Position numbers and translations under genes: made by a program
The notes under the pieces: model-generated
What the model was told of the DNA's origin: nothing
Seen by the model: only the letters and a program-made list of their open reading frames with translations
Databases searched by the model: none
NCBI GenBank assembly: GCA_000934665.2
Contig: KZ537961.1
Coordinates: 1 to 64,000, forward strand
DNA length: 64,000 nucleotides
Direction of reading: 5' to 3'
Origin: Catajapyx aquilonaris
Lineage: Eukaryota
Shown here: piece after piece, positions 26,168 through 39,001 of the stretch
Layout: the number at the start of each line of letters is the position of its first letter
Position numbering within the stretch: position 1 is the stretch's first letter

Positions 26168-27496
26168 ATGGTCTTCTCAAAGAAGGTGCTTCAAACTGTA
26201 CTTGTCTGCCAAGTGTTACTGGGCATGGGTCACACCTATGAGTTCTTCTCTCCGGAGGAAACTAATGAGCTACCTGTGACATTGGAGTTTCTGATTGAGG
26301 AGTCGCGCACCATTTCAGCGGATCAGAGGATTCTGTGCATGTTGTGTGAGAAGAAGCCTGGAGAAAAGGGGATCAGTGATGGAATTAGTGAAATCACTAA
26401 TGGAATCAGTGGTGGGATTGGGACCATCTTGAACAGCATATTTGGAAAACTGAGGAAGCTGAAAGGAAAGAAGAAAATGCCTAAGGGCAACATGCAGTCC
26501 CAATATGGTGCTCCAGCTCCACCATCCAACTCTTATGGCCCACCACCATCTAATTCTTATGGGCCTCCTCAACCACCACCATCCAACTCATACGGTCCAC
26601 CACAACCTCCTCCATCAAACTCTTATGGTCCCCCACCATCCAATTCTTATGGGCCTCCTCGACCACCACCTTCGAATTCGTATGGTCCCCCACCTTCAAA
26701 CTCTTACGGTCCTCCTCCATCAAATTCCTATGGTGCTCCACCTCGACCCTCAAACAATTATGGTGCTCCGTCTACACCAACTAGTTCCTACGGTCAGCCT
26801 CCACCAAACTCTTATGGTGCTCCTCCTCCACCTTCAAATTCATACGGTGCACCATCTCCAACACCCCCAACATCTTATGGTGCTCCACCACCTAACAGTT
26901 ACGGTGCACCTCCAGCACCACCTCCCAGTCCATCATACGGCCCACCTCCAATGCCCAGTTATGGTCCACCTCCAATGCCCAGTTATGGTCCACCACCCAC
27001 CTCATCCTACGGAGCACCTCCATCGCCCTACGGACAGCACCAGGTGACAGTGATCCAAGCAACAGTGCCACCATCAGTGAATTATGGACAGCAGCACATG
27101 TGGGGCCAGGTTCAGGATTACAGCCAGCAGCAAAACCAGAACACATACCAGAACATACCAGCCCCTAACCCGAGTTCCTACCAGCCAAATAACTACCCAG
27201 CCCCACCCTCCCCACAGCCACCTTCGCATGGCCAAGAGCCCATGACTTATCTCAATCCACCAGCACCATACAGCCCACCGGATCAGAACTCAAATGCAGG
27301 AGAGAAAAAGTATGCAGATTTCGAAGTCACTCAGTCGAGTTGGGATGACCTCTTTAATTTTGCTAAGCACTTCCCAGACTTTGACAAGTTCTTACAGGAT
27401 CAGTTTAAAAGCAGGAAGAAGCGCTCCTTGTATGAAAGAGAGTACCAGGACATTAGTGTTCAGCATTTCATGGTTCACATTACTCAGCGTAAATAA
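26168..27496 (+). CDS. Secreted proline-rich SYGPP/YGAP-repeat protein (pro-resilin/extensin-like structural protein), 442 aa
   Basis: Single long ORF. Hydrophobic N-terminus MVFSKKVLQTVLVCQVLLGMG; ~19 YG(P/A/Q)P repeat units; Gln/Pro-rich segment; RKKR near the C-terminus. TATAAAA at ~25963 and AATAAA at ~27628. Confidence 0.85.
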   Translation: MVFSKKVLQTVLVCQVLLGMGHTYEFFSPEETNELPVTLEFLIEESRTISADQRILCMLCEKKPGEKGISDGISEITNGISGGIGTILNSIFGKLRKLKGKKKMPKGNMQSQYGAPAPPSNSYGPPPSNSYGPPQPPPSNSYGPPQPPPSNSYGPPPSNSYGPPRPPPSNSYGPPPSNSYGPPPSNSYGAPPRPSNNYGAPSTPTSSYGQPPPNSYGAPPPPSNSYGAPSPTPPTSYGAPPPNSYGAPPAPPPSPSYGPPPMPSYGPPPMPSYGPPPTSSYGAPPSPYGQHQVTVIQATVPPSVNYGQQHMWGQVQDYSQQQNQNTYQNIPAPNPSSYQPNNYPAPPSPQPPSHGQEPMTYLNPPAPYSPPDQNSNAGEKKYADFEVTQSSWDDLFNFAKHFPDFDKFLQDQFKSRKKRSLYEREYQDISVQHFMVHITQRK

Positions 27497-29246
27497 CAGA
27501 TTCATTTCTTGGTAAGTCAAGCAGGAGCGAACCAACAGTTTAGATTTGATTACCATAAAACGTCATGGTGCTTTGGTCTTGTATTATGATGCCAAAGTTG
27601 ACAAACCTGATGTTCACTTACCTGTTAAATAAAACATGTAGATAAAATATTACAGAAATAATAATATTAGAAAATTACTATGGTTGTACTAACTAACAGC
27701 TGATATCAAAAAATTCTCCCCGTCTCCATCACCCTTCCTAGACTTGCAACAGGTGTTTCCTGATTCCTCAGACAAAATTGGGATTAATCTGGCAATTAAT
27801 ATGCAACATTTCCATACTTCTTATTTAAAAATCTGTTTTGATTTTCATCCGAGAGGTGCATTGTATCTTGCCACACAATGATTAAATTAAAACTAATGTC
27901 ACCTCATTTTTATGCAAAAGTAGATCTAAGGCTGGAATTGGGCTCTTCAATTCTTCCAAAATGCTTGCAGTCAATTTACGCATAAACACATTTATGCTTT
28001 TATGGTAACATGAAAGTTGTCTGCAGTGACTCACTTGCACAATGGTAAATGGGGCCTACTCCAAGTTAGTCAATTGATTACTCACATCACCTGAAAGAAT
28101 GACACTTTTTGTGAAAGCCACTCAAAAAAAGGCCTTCAGATATGCAACCATATTACATTACATTTCAATTTATTGTGTGTAAATGTAATCACAAAAATCT
28201 GTTCTGATAATATTGCCTCACGTAGTATTCTAGCCAGTGAGCATGTGCATAAAAGTCCACTGCACTGTGAGGATTGCTCCAGATTCCATGGTACAATTCC
28301 CTGACATTGTCTCCGCCACATTTACATGCTCAAGGTCGCAGTTTTCGTGGCATAATTTCCCTCAAGAACGATGCATTATTGGTCCCATGACAATTCATGA
28401 AATGAAAGATTTTCACAAGAGAGACAAAATACCATCTCTCACCTTAGCATTCACTAACTAAATTCACATCAGGTACTGTAAGTAAGCAGTAAGTTTTCTA
28501 GTGCAAGTTAAATGGGATTAAAATGAATAAAAATTATTAAATCATAATGTAGAGCAGCAAGTGAACATATCCAGAATTCATCAGCTTCCTAGGTCACAAC
28601 TTATTTTCAAATTTTCAATTTCAAATGGCTCTTGGAGCAAAAGTGAACGTATTAGGTCTAATGAATATAGAGTTCTACATGCAACATACCTCCAATATGA
28701 TATATGAAGAGTACTGGGACGTAATCTAATTACTGAGGTTGCGGAAAAAGGACATCAGAATTTTATGCCACTGCACTGGTGACATGAGTGTGCAATAAAC
28801 TAGTTCACTTTCCATGCAATTGCCAATTGGGGATGGTAGTATTTGGATGAATTTATACCGGCTCCACTGCTACCATCCAAGGGTAAAATATACGACAGTG
28901 GAACCTGTCTATAATGGAGGTGATCTATTTAGCCTTTTTTTGTAGGCTACTGAACTGGTTCCATCATATGTATCGCTGAAAATCATAAAACATAAGGAAT
29001 GTAATGGCCAAGTTTCTATTGTTCCCAGGGTCTATGATAGACAGGTTCATAGTATACAGGGTGTGGAAATTTATCATACAGCTTCGCTTTGGGAAATGAT
29101 TCTAGGGTCCTAGGCAATCATTTTAAGTAGATGAATAATGGGTGTCTGCAGCATAGTTACCGAGATAATTAGCATAAAATAAAAGTGCATTATAGCATCC
29201 TCTATGTTGCAGATACAGCTTATTATGACACTTTCATCTTCTGCGC

Positions 29247-31018
29247 CAGTGGTTCCCAAACTTTCTGTTCCATGAAGCCCCTTTTTAGGGAGAATTTGAC
29301 AGTGGAGCCCCTGACAATTTGTCATATTCAATGCGTGCTTTAAATAGGGCCTGTTATACTGTATTGTGTATATTGCTCACAAATATGATACAATTTTGCA
29401 ACTTGTTTCAATCAAAAATCATCTCCATCTTTTTGCACGATATACAGTGTGTTACCAAATTCATCTGCCACAATGATGCTGGTGGTAGGGAATAGTCTAT
29501 ACTTATGGAAGAAGCAGGGCATGGGAACAAAGGGCCGGCGAAGACCCGACATCAACGTCAATGATTTCTAACCTGACAAGTATGGATACCTCCGTACATG
29601 CCTGCCTCGCTGGTTGCTAGAGTCAGGCTGGTTGAGCAACGGTCTGCGAGGGCGAGTGCCTGGTGACCATCAACCAGCAAGGCAGGCATGCAGGGGGGCA
29701 CACTTTCCAGGATGGACATTGTCGATGTCAATGGTCGACATCTCTAAAACGGATAGTCGCCAGCCTTTCGGGCGCATGGCATGCTTTTACCATATTCACC
29801 CCCTACTATCCATATCATGAATCATACAGATGAATTGGGGTACACGCTGTATAAGTCGTACAATAGTCATAAAAAGCAGATGCAGAATAAAAATGAATCT
29901 TATTTTAATTACAGAAGTTTTTACACAGTATGGCATCTACTGACAGGTGAGATGAATGGAGTTGTTTAGTTTGGAGATGTCTGGTTTTATGGGTACCTGC
30001 AGAAAAATTCCATGTTCAGAATCAAAGCGGCTCCTATAAGATACTTGCTTTTAATTGCTGCGTAGGCAGATAATCCCGATTCACACAATCACATCGTAAG
30101 TGGTGGCAAAAGGAAAATGATTTGTTTTGAATCGTCCAGTGGTTAAAATTCGTCTTTTACTTAGCCAAAATTCTGAACAATATGCATGCTTATTTAGGAT
30201 GGCAATATAATAATTTTCAAAGTGGTTTCTGACTAATGTCTATGAGTCATTCATAGCCAGTTGATGTCAGGCATGTTGGTTTTGAAATTACCTCACAGGA
30301 TGTTGGAAAAGATTTCTCGAAGGAATCGCTCAGACATCATATATCTTATGTGCTAGTGAATTTCAGCCAACAAGCCTCCTGGCGCCTCCGATTGGTGTTC
30401 TTGTAGACGTAAGAACCTTGCTTTGCAGATATGGGTTCATTTCACTTCTCTTGGCAAAAATATCTGATAAATACGCGAGTTTGCGGAACTCTTAATTACT
30501 CAGTAAGTTTGTCAAATGAATGTTGTGATCCATTTAAAATGATTGTAATTCATTCTGTAAAATTTGCATCACACAGCCACCACACGTCTGTGTGAACAAA
30601 CAAGGACTTCAACAAGACTCTCATGCCATCACACAAAATTTTGAACAGCCTGGATTTCAGAGGCTGGGACTTAATGTTATTTAATTTTAAAAACCTTTTA
30701 AAGAGAGGAAAGCACTTTTAACTGCTAAGGCTTGTCTGTGGAAGACACAGTGACTAGTAACAGTGACTACTGTTGCACTCCTTTGATTTTTCTTTTATTC
30801 AGGTGTTAGCTCCGGTTATACATTGATGCAGTTGTTCCATGAAATGCCATTTGCGATGCCAAAATGCCAATAAACTAAAAATTTAGATGCCGATGTGTTC
30901 AAGGGCAGGTGGACCTGTGAACAATTTTCCTGTAATTATTCTCGATGTTTCTGCGGAGCCCTTTGCAAAGCTTCACAGAGCCCCAAGGGCTCCATGGAGC
31001 ACAGTTTGGGAACCACTG
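29247..31018 (-). mobile_element. Decayed hAT (Charlie/Buster-like) DNA transposon
   Basis: Inverted termini CAGTGGTTCCCAAACT (29247) and AGTTTGGGAACCACTG (31018). Minus-strand transposase fragments: HCVFHRQALAVK, NIKSQPLKSRLFKILCDGM, KLAYLSDIFAKRSEMNPYLQ, FATTY..LCESGLSAYAAIKSKY (~29990-30880). No matching 8-bp TSD, so the two ends may belong to different copies. Confidence 0.8.
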
Positions 31019-31214
31019 ACCTAGGCCATTCCCTGCTGCACCTAATGGGATCATGAATTAAAATTAAATTATTCGTACACAGTAACACCTTAAATGGAAA
31101 AGGCAAGGTCGCATGGAGGGACGCAGATGTGGCAGGATATTTCATTCCTTGTGTTTGAAGCACACTATCTCAGTAACTATGCTGCGGACACCCATGATGC
31201 CTATAATAATGGAT

Positions 31215-31455
31215 ACCCCGTGATAGGCCTCCTTGGGCCTTTTAGAAGATCATCTTTTCAACAACTCACTTTAATCATTTGCCTGTGCTCCGATGGGTTT
31301 TTCCATGTGGGAGGAAATGGGAGAGCCCCCGATAAAACACCTGAACACGGAGAGAACCCATCCAAACTCTATCCACATAAGTATCCGATCCGGGGGATCG
31401 AACTTGGGACCTTAGAGGTGGAAGGCTGTGGTGCTAACCACTACACCACCGTGCC
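31215..31455 (-). mobile_element. tRNA-derived SINE with V-domain-like core
   Basis: The minus strand reads GGCACGGTGGTGTAGTGGTTAGCAC (box A) ... GTTCGATCCC (box B), then TGTGGATAGAGTTTGGATGGGTTCTCTCCGTG...GGGGCTCTCCCATTTCCTCCCACA. The 3' boundary is approximate. Confidence 0.75.
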
Positions 31456-32528
31456 AGCCGTCACCTGGAATCCCTCTATCATTTCCAAAAGTGACAGTTG
31501 GGCCTACGATAAATTTCCACACCCTGTATATGAAGACCTCGAGAGGAAAACGATCAAGGACCACCTCAGGTGAAACTGACATGTTCCCATTTGAAATTTC
31601 GAAGACCCATAAGGCTCCATTGCAAATCCCACTTTCAGGGCCTCCATATAGTGACCATGATCATTATTCCACAATCACGACCAAACCATCATATTCTGAG
31701 TGAAACTATCTTCTGAGATATGTAACTCATTTTTGACACAAAGTGGACCTGGATTGTTTTTCTCCCGAGGTCTTCATATACACTTTGGAACAGGGTAATT
31801 CCACCGTAACTGACACAACATTTGGAAAGGGATTCATGCTGTACTTATATTTATTGCAATGGCAAATGTTACTGGTAGAGGAATTTAAAATTATTTCTAC
31901 GTGGCTGCCTCCTGGTAGCTTATTGCCATATTTTTAGAATTTTGCAATAGTAACTTTAATGAACTCCGTAAAATATTAATATAATGCAACTGACGCAACA
32001 TAAAAGAAGATAATAAAAGATATGTAATCTACACTCTAGCAGCAATTTTGTGATTACTTTGCCTGTTGATGCTCATGTTTTCAGGAGAAATGAGGATTAA
32101 TGCAACCGATGCAACCAACACTCGTGACTTACACAACTTTCCACTAAATATCTTGACTATTCCATGGCTCTGCTGCTATCTGGTAACAGACAGTTGCTAC
32201 ACCTAATGCATCTGACATAATGACATAATGACCTGCTCTCAATAAGCCACATACCATTCCAAAATAAGCATTTTGGGATCATGTCTGGGTTCCCGTGGAA
32301 TTACCCTACAATTAAAAAAAGAACATTTTGACCATTTTCTTTCAGGATTCATCTGGCAAATGCATGCTGATTTTACAAATCTCTCTTGTTCTACTGTCCA
32401 AGCCAAAGCTTGTAAAACATTTTTTCTGATTCTATGATACAAATGTCAAAGTAGCAAGCTGTATGGATAAGTTTGCGTGATGGTGCAGTCTACGGAAAAA
32501 GAAAAACATAAGGGTGCTGATGGTTGTA

Positions 32529-33201
32529 CAGTAGATTCCCGATAACTCAAAATTCTCGAAAAGTCTAAGAAAATCTTGGACTTGGCGGATTCTCCATGTA
32601 CTGTAATGCAAATTCAATTCCGATAACTCGAATGTGTATAACTCGATTTTCTCCATAAGTCGAATATATTTTGTGAACTCTGCAGCACTTTCGCTATTAA
32701 TAAGTCGAATTCTGTCAACACCAGGGAATTTACAAGTTGAGAAAGGCAGTCGAGCCATCTTTTTCGTGCCATCTGTGTACGAAATCCGCACTGAGCAGCT
32801 ACCAGCCACCCAACCTCTACACCACCACTCAAAAGCCGCCCCCCCCCCCNCCCCCCCCCCCCCAATTTCCACCCCACCACCCAAAATTCCCCCTCCCTCC
32901 AGAGTGGTCACAAATGGCCTAGGCAAGGATCGCTGTGGCTTCACTTGGCACGGGAGGGTGTACTCAAAACGGCTACCTTTTTCTTTACGAAGATAGCAAG
33001 CTGCACGAAATCGTGGCACGACGCGGGCAGTGAAAACCGCCTACTAGTCTACAGTCATCTAGCAGTCACTTGCAATCGTGTCCCAGTAGCGAGATGCATA
33101 CTGTAGGTGTTTAATTTGTGCGGGTGCTGTTTTCCCCACCATATTCGATAAGTCGAATTTTTCTCGGTCCCATGGTGGTTTGAGTTATCAGGATTGGACT
33201 G
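32529..33201. mobile_element. pogo/Tigger-type MITE
   Basis: TA|CAGTAGATTCCCGATAACTCAAA ... TTTGAGTTATCAGGATTGGACTG|TA, with internal GATAACTCGAA/ATAAGTCGAA subterminal motifs. Confidence 0.75.
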
Positions 33202-34175
33202 TATATCGCCAGGATCTTTATAGCTGAAACTTCATGACATGTCGTATCTTTTTCCTCGATAGGGTATTAGTACCTCAATCCTGCAGAATTATGGCCTTCT
33301 TCAAAGTACTATATACGCCAAATTGCTTCATACCCCCGGGGTATGAAACAATTTGGCGTATATAGTACATAGATCAATAAAAGTACAAAATAAATGGAGC
33401 AACATCGGTATATTTGGCAAACAATTCCTGTAACAGGATGTACAGTATGCAAAGTACACAGCTGAAATCGACATTGCCCAGAGAGCATTTTCACAACCTA
33501 ACTGAGATTATATAAATAATGGACTTTGCGCATGTTCATTACACGCAACTCATGAACCCACTAATTAAGAGATGCAAATCCTCACAGCAGCTCTAACTGC
33601 ATTTATGTTCCGCATCATTATTATTCCAAAGGTATAAATAAATATAAAAAGATACAAATAGTGACAATGCACGATAATTATACTGAAATGGATTCAGTCA
33701 CTGACATATGAATCAAGGCACCGTAAGAGCGCAATACTGGTAGCAAAAGTGTCATTCCTGCTTGTTAAATTATTGTAAATCACAACCAACACTGCAACTG
33801 GACTTTTGTATGTCTTGGACATTTTCCACATGTACGATCATTAAAATGTAATAAAGTAGCGAGTATATAACTAGTTGCATATATTCACATCATCACTGCC
33901 ATCACCACCGGTAATGAAAAGTGCAAACAATTAACTTTCTAACTTAAAGAAATAACTGAGAGAAAGAGCAACATTTTAAGGATTACCACAGTGCGAAAAT
34001 TACATGTGGAAATCCCAAGTTCTTTCCGGCAAGCAGTAACTTCATAGCAGTATTTTTAGAGGAGCAAGAATCTACTCACTGCGGAAATATTCTTGTCTCA
34101 CTCTACTTCCAAACAACACTGCTCTCGCACAACAATGAAACCTCCTGAACATTGTCATCACACCAGCCTTCTACC

Positions 34176-37100
34176 TCAGCAGTCTCCCCAGGTAAGTCTT
34201 GTCACATGATCAGTCTTGCGACCAGAAGGCTTGATAAAGCCCAGGAACTGCAGCTCTGTCACCCCCTGTATGAAGCGTGCTCTAAACAATTTAGTTAAGG
34301 AAAGTTCCTATCCAGCTTAGAAATCCTTCAGTCATTAAAAAAAAGGATACTGCAATGCCTCATCAATGCAATTTCTTTCCTCCTCTTCCTCTTCTGTTGG
34401 GCTGACAATGGATACAAAAGACTGGAGCCAGTCGTACAGATTTATCTCACGGCCACATTCCGAATAAAGCTTGTACAGGATGCAAATGTCTGGCATAGTT
34501 TTAACAGCAACCTTTGAATCACAACAAGTGCACTGAAAGAAACAATACAGGATGATTAAGTACTTCAGGACTAAAGACACAATCATTTTTAAAACTCAAC
34601 TTTGTACCATTATAATTTGAGATGTTGGAAAGTGACATTATTTTAAAATTGTCATTGCACAAAGCCATAACATTATTCTGACCTGTAAGTAGCATTGAGG
34701 ATTGTTGAGGGCTGCTAGCATGGAACTACGTTGCATTCCAACCACATGTCTCTTTGCGTCCAAATGATTGTCATAGTACAGGACTTCATGGAGTGGAATC
34801 TTGTAAGGTGGATCCAAGTGACTGGCAAATATGAAGCTCAGCCATTCCACAATTTCTTTCCGTAGATTATCATATGGACTCAACTGCCTCTTCTTGCGAG
34901 CCTTTTCCAAAAGTTGCTAAAAAGTAAAAGGAGGAACTAATTCTTTGCAACAAGCTGAAGACGACTACTACTATCACCATCACACCATACAAGTATTACT
35001 GAGTTAGAAGAAACTTCCTTACACTAACAGACTAAAAAGTGATATGCATATCAGCATTAACGTTTTAAACCCTGCAAAACATCACTGCATGTAAAGCAAT
35101 AATGCTGGCAACAGGATCTTCGACTAGTAGGAAACACCCTGCATACCACTCTGTCAGTTCCACTCACCTCCTGTAACTGACAACGAGTCAATCTGTTTGA
35201 CAAGTTGCTACCAGGCTTTTCTGCTTCAATCTGGTCGTGCACAGCCTTCTCTTCTTCATCCAGAGTTGAAAATCGATCCAAGAGGGACTGCAGTTTCCAT
35301 GTAATTTTCTCCAACTCAGAATTCTTCACCAATCTTGGATGCTCTCTTTCCATGACACCTGAAATCAAGTAAGTAATTAAACAAATGCAAAGGCTGACTA
35401 AATTACATGAACCTACTCTCAATCCACAGCAGAGATTTCATTAGCTTCGGTTCCATCTCTTCCCTGCTGAAGAAACTGATGAGGTCGCTCACTTGTTTAT
35501 ACTCCGGAGACTCAACAATGGGGCTCTCCAGAGCCATTGCGTAAATTTCTCTGAAATGCTTCCCAAGAGGACTCTTTGGCAACCCGTCATTGAAAATGTG
35601 GAGGACTTTCAGAATGGTCACAAAGTGCAGGCCGTACGTGTGCAGATTCCACATCACTGCCAGCATCTCTTTCTGTTAACAAGAGGTCATGTCAGTGCCA
35701 GTTTAAGAATCTGCTGAATCGCAGATTCTTAAAGTTTCCAACATGGCGATGTATCCAAATTGCATCAGAACTTTACACTGATGCAATTTTAAAAAATCAC
35801 CTTTGTTGGTGCTTGGGCAGATCCACCTCCAGATTTGAATGATGGGAGTTCGTAAAAATGCATCAGCTCCTCTGTTGGTAGTTGATCCCAGATTTCACTC
35901 ATCTTATCTGGATCACAACAAAGGACAGAACACTCATTGTTGTAGAAGTGCTCCAGCATGCAAAACTGAAAAAGACCAGGTCACATTAATGGAGGTTTGG
36001 GCAGATTGTAATGTCTTACACACCTTCAAATTGGTGGCAAAGTTTTGCACTGAGAAGTCATGGCACAGGAAGATGTCCATTAGCAATTTGAACACCTTAC
36101 CACCCAGTTTGAACGGAACTTCACTGTTCAGAAAGATCTTGTCTATCATGTGATTCAAAAGCTCTGTAGATGAGTTGGCCTGGAATGTCTTCAGGTCTAG
36201 ATACGAAGTGACCTCAAATGGCAGGAGGTTGTGGATTGAGCTCATTGTTGTAGACACACCGAAGATGAACATGATGGGCAAATCCATGTAGTTCCTTCAC
36301 AAGGGGAAACACAAGCATTAAGGAAAAAGTATATCCACGTAAATATATCACATGTTATTTTTTAAACACTTCTTACTTGCAAATGAGCATGAAGTCTGTA
36401 AGTGCATCAGACGAAAACAGCTCAAAGTCCTTCAGTATTATCACTATTGGAGGTTTTGACTCTTTTTGCCTCATTGTCTTGATTGGTGACTTCATTGGAG
36501 ACTTCCTTGGAGATTTGAGTGGTGATGATTTTTGGGATTTGCGAGGAGTTGATTTGCGAGGGGTTGACTTTGGGGATTTGCGAGGGGTTAACTTTGGGGA
36601 TTTGTGTGGTGATGCTCTCAGAGAACTGGGTGAAAATAGTGGGGAACTACATGGTGATGACACTGGTGATGCATCCTCTGTCTCGTGATACCATGTCCTC
36701 AAAACTCTCATAGTACACTGGCTACTCTTGACAGGTTTGTAAAATTTATTATCATCGTCTTCATCTATGTCCATTTTTGAGTCCATGTCATCCTTCCACA
36801 CAAGCTGGGCTACTACTTCTTTTATGAGGGACTTGACACTCCGCCCTTCCTCCGAGTTGACAGCTGCCACATGTGGGGACACTTCTTTGTGGATCAGTTG
36901 GATCAGTTCAGAGTAGAGAGTGGAGTGGTCTGGCATATTCACGCCTGTTGAAAAATATTGACAAACATTAACAAACAAGCCCCAAGGTATGTACCACTGG
37001 CCAAATATTACTGTTGGAATTCTCTCATTTGTAAAATGCTGGGAATCCACCACCTGCACCACATTTCTCTACTGTTGCATGTGAAGCATGTGCCACTGGG

Positions 37101-38743
37101 GATGTGCACATGTGTCCTAACACATACACACAAAATACGCTACTGCATGATAGAATATGGCAGGATTATAACATCTGCTAAGAAACATGTTTCGACCCTT
37201 AACAAATTCACATTTTTTGGCACCATAAAATTCTTAATAAATATTACTGGAACAGACTGATTCTCTGGAATCATTTGACACCTATTTTGTAGCTCTGTGA
37301 CATATACTTGTTGAGATATGAACCGATGAATGGCATGCTGTTTTGCAACTGCGTCATTTTTGTTACGGCTGTACCTCGTTACCTTGGAATTTGTGAGGAA
37401 TGAGGACATTTGAACTATTTTTCTGTCCGCATAATTAAGCCAAGTTCCAATTTCCATTCACATGCGAGGATAGGGGGTAACATCGCCTACCTGAACTGAG
37501 GGGTGAGGTGGAAAAACATGATAACCCACATTTTTGTCATTTTTGTCCTAAACACCTAGCAACTATGTAAAAGACATGACAAACATTTTGGTATACTCAA
37601 AGTTCACATATCAGCCACGAGACGGCAACACGGGCTAGATGATAACACACTTGCCATATTTTCTGGCACTTCCTCGTCTCACTGAAATACCAGACAACCA
37701 ACCGTATTTTTATACCCTTCACATTCTTCCATTTAATACAGGGCGTAACAAAGGTTTCTGGCCCAGTCAATATTATACAAGAGAAATTCTCAGTTCAACT
37801 ATACTCATGGCCTTCTCCATATGGCTATATTGGGAGTTGCGGGAGGCTGGCCTAGACTATGGGAGCTGTGCAGTAGATCTGGCGGGAGCGGCCTTTCAAT
37901 GCAGTTTGAATGATATATGAGCTAATACGAGCCGTTGGTGAGATATGAATTTTTAAATCTATGATTACCTCATGCATGAGTCATTGATGAGTCATGCAGC
38001 GGGAGTAGCGGTGGAAACTTTTGTTACACCCTGTATCTCTATTAATTACAGGAATAAGTGTTCCAAAAGTTACAGACAAGACAGACAGTCAGACAATATA
38101 ATAAAACCCAGTGTTACAAATTCAGGTAGCATTCTGATTGGTGACATGAGTGCAAACTTAAATTCGCTTTCCTGAAAAATTACACTTGTGCCGGTTATCA
38201 TGTTATTCCACCACACCCCGCAACTGTCATAGAATTACTCCATGCATTTCGCAGCCTCCTCTGTGACTTTGCACATTAACTCACGCTGGCCAACTCTACG
38301 TCAGGTATGCTAACCTGCTAGTAGCACCACTGCAGGAATGTTGACCCGCTCCTCCGCATCCATCTGGCTGCTGCAATGCTTCAAGCGCTTCACAATTCCC
38401 TCCATTAACTGTGAGAATGCACCTGAATGCAGCTCCTGAAAATAATGCCGCAATTAGTTGCATGCAAACATATTGTCCGGAAGCTTCTGACATGTGTACC
38501 TGCACGTGTCCCTGCAAGACGGCCCATGTGTCCTGGTAGAGCCGGTACCTCAACCGTACGCTCTCCTCCGAGTCTCCCTCCCTGCCGAAGTAGGACACCG
38601 GTGGAGGACGCTTCCCGCCTCCCTTCCTCTTCACCAAGAAGCATCCCTGCGGCCCAAAGACACATTTGAAGGTGGTTGTCGTCCAAGAAGGACGTGAGCC
38701 TTACCTTTGAGACGGACAGGCCAGACCTCTTCGTCTCGGCCAT
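34176..38743 (-). CDS. ORC3: Origin recognition complex subunit 3, 11 exons, 759 aa
   Basis: Exons: 38743-38705, 38646-38500, 38435-38315, 36944-36377, 36294-36024, 35965-35801, 35672-35417, 35358-35168, 34916-34683, 34532-34351, 34281-34176. All GT-AG with consistent phases; total 2280 nt. Motifs: [104 protein letters not shown]. Confidence 0.97.
34282..34350 (-). other. U12-type (minor spliceosome) GT-AG intron, last intron of ORC3
   Basis: 5' splice site GTATCCTTT; branch site TTCCTTAAC (34302-34294) ending 12 nt before the end of the intron; no polypyrimidine tract. Confidence 0.93.
37493..37652 (+). repeat. Dispersed repeat, copy 2, in ORC3 intron 3
   Basis: Colinear with 5955-6120. 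Confidence 0.85.
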
Positions 38744-39001
38744 TGTTTGTGGTGAGAAGGACAAGGAACCAACGACAACAAAGACGAACGACCACGACCG
38801 TTTGTCCCCTCTGAAGAAGTGCCAGTGGTCACCACTCGATACCATCAGATGTCGATGGATGATACTTGGGTCGGATAACGCACAGCAGCTTAAAGAGTGG
38901 CATGTAGCAGCTAGTTTATGAACTATCAAATTGTGCTACGTAGGGACAAGATAACTTATGTGTTTATGGGAGGTGGCTTGTGTCCTTTGCAACCATAATT
39001 A

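Noticed and set aside
28897..29052. Degenerate Tigger-like MITE (CAGTGGAACCTGTCTAT...ATAGACAGGTTCATAG)
   Set aside because: The termini and TA flanks are too eroded to call boundaries confidently.
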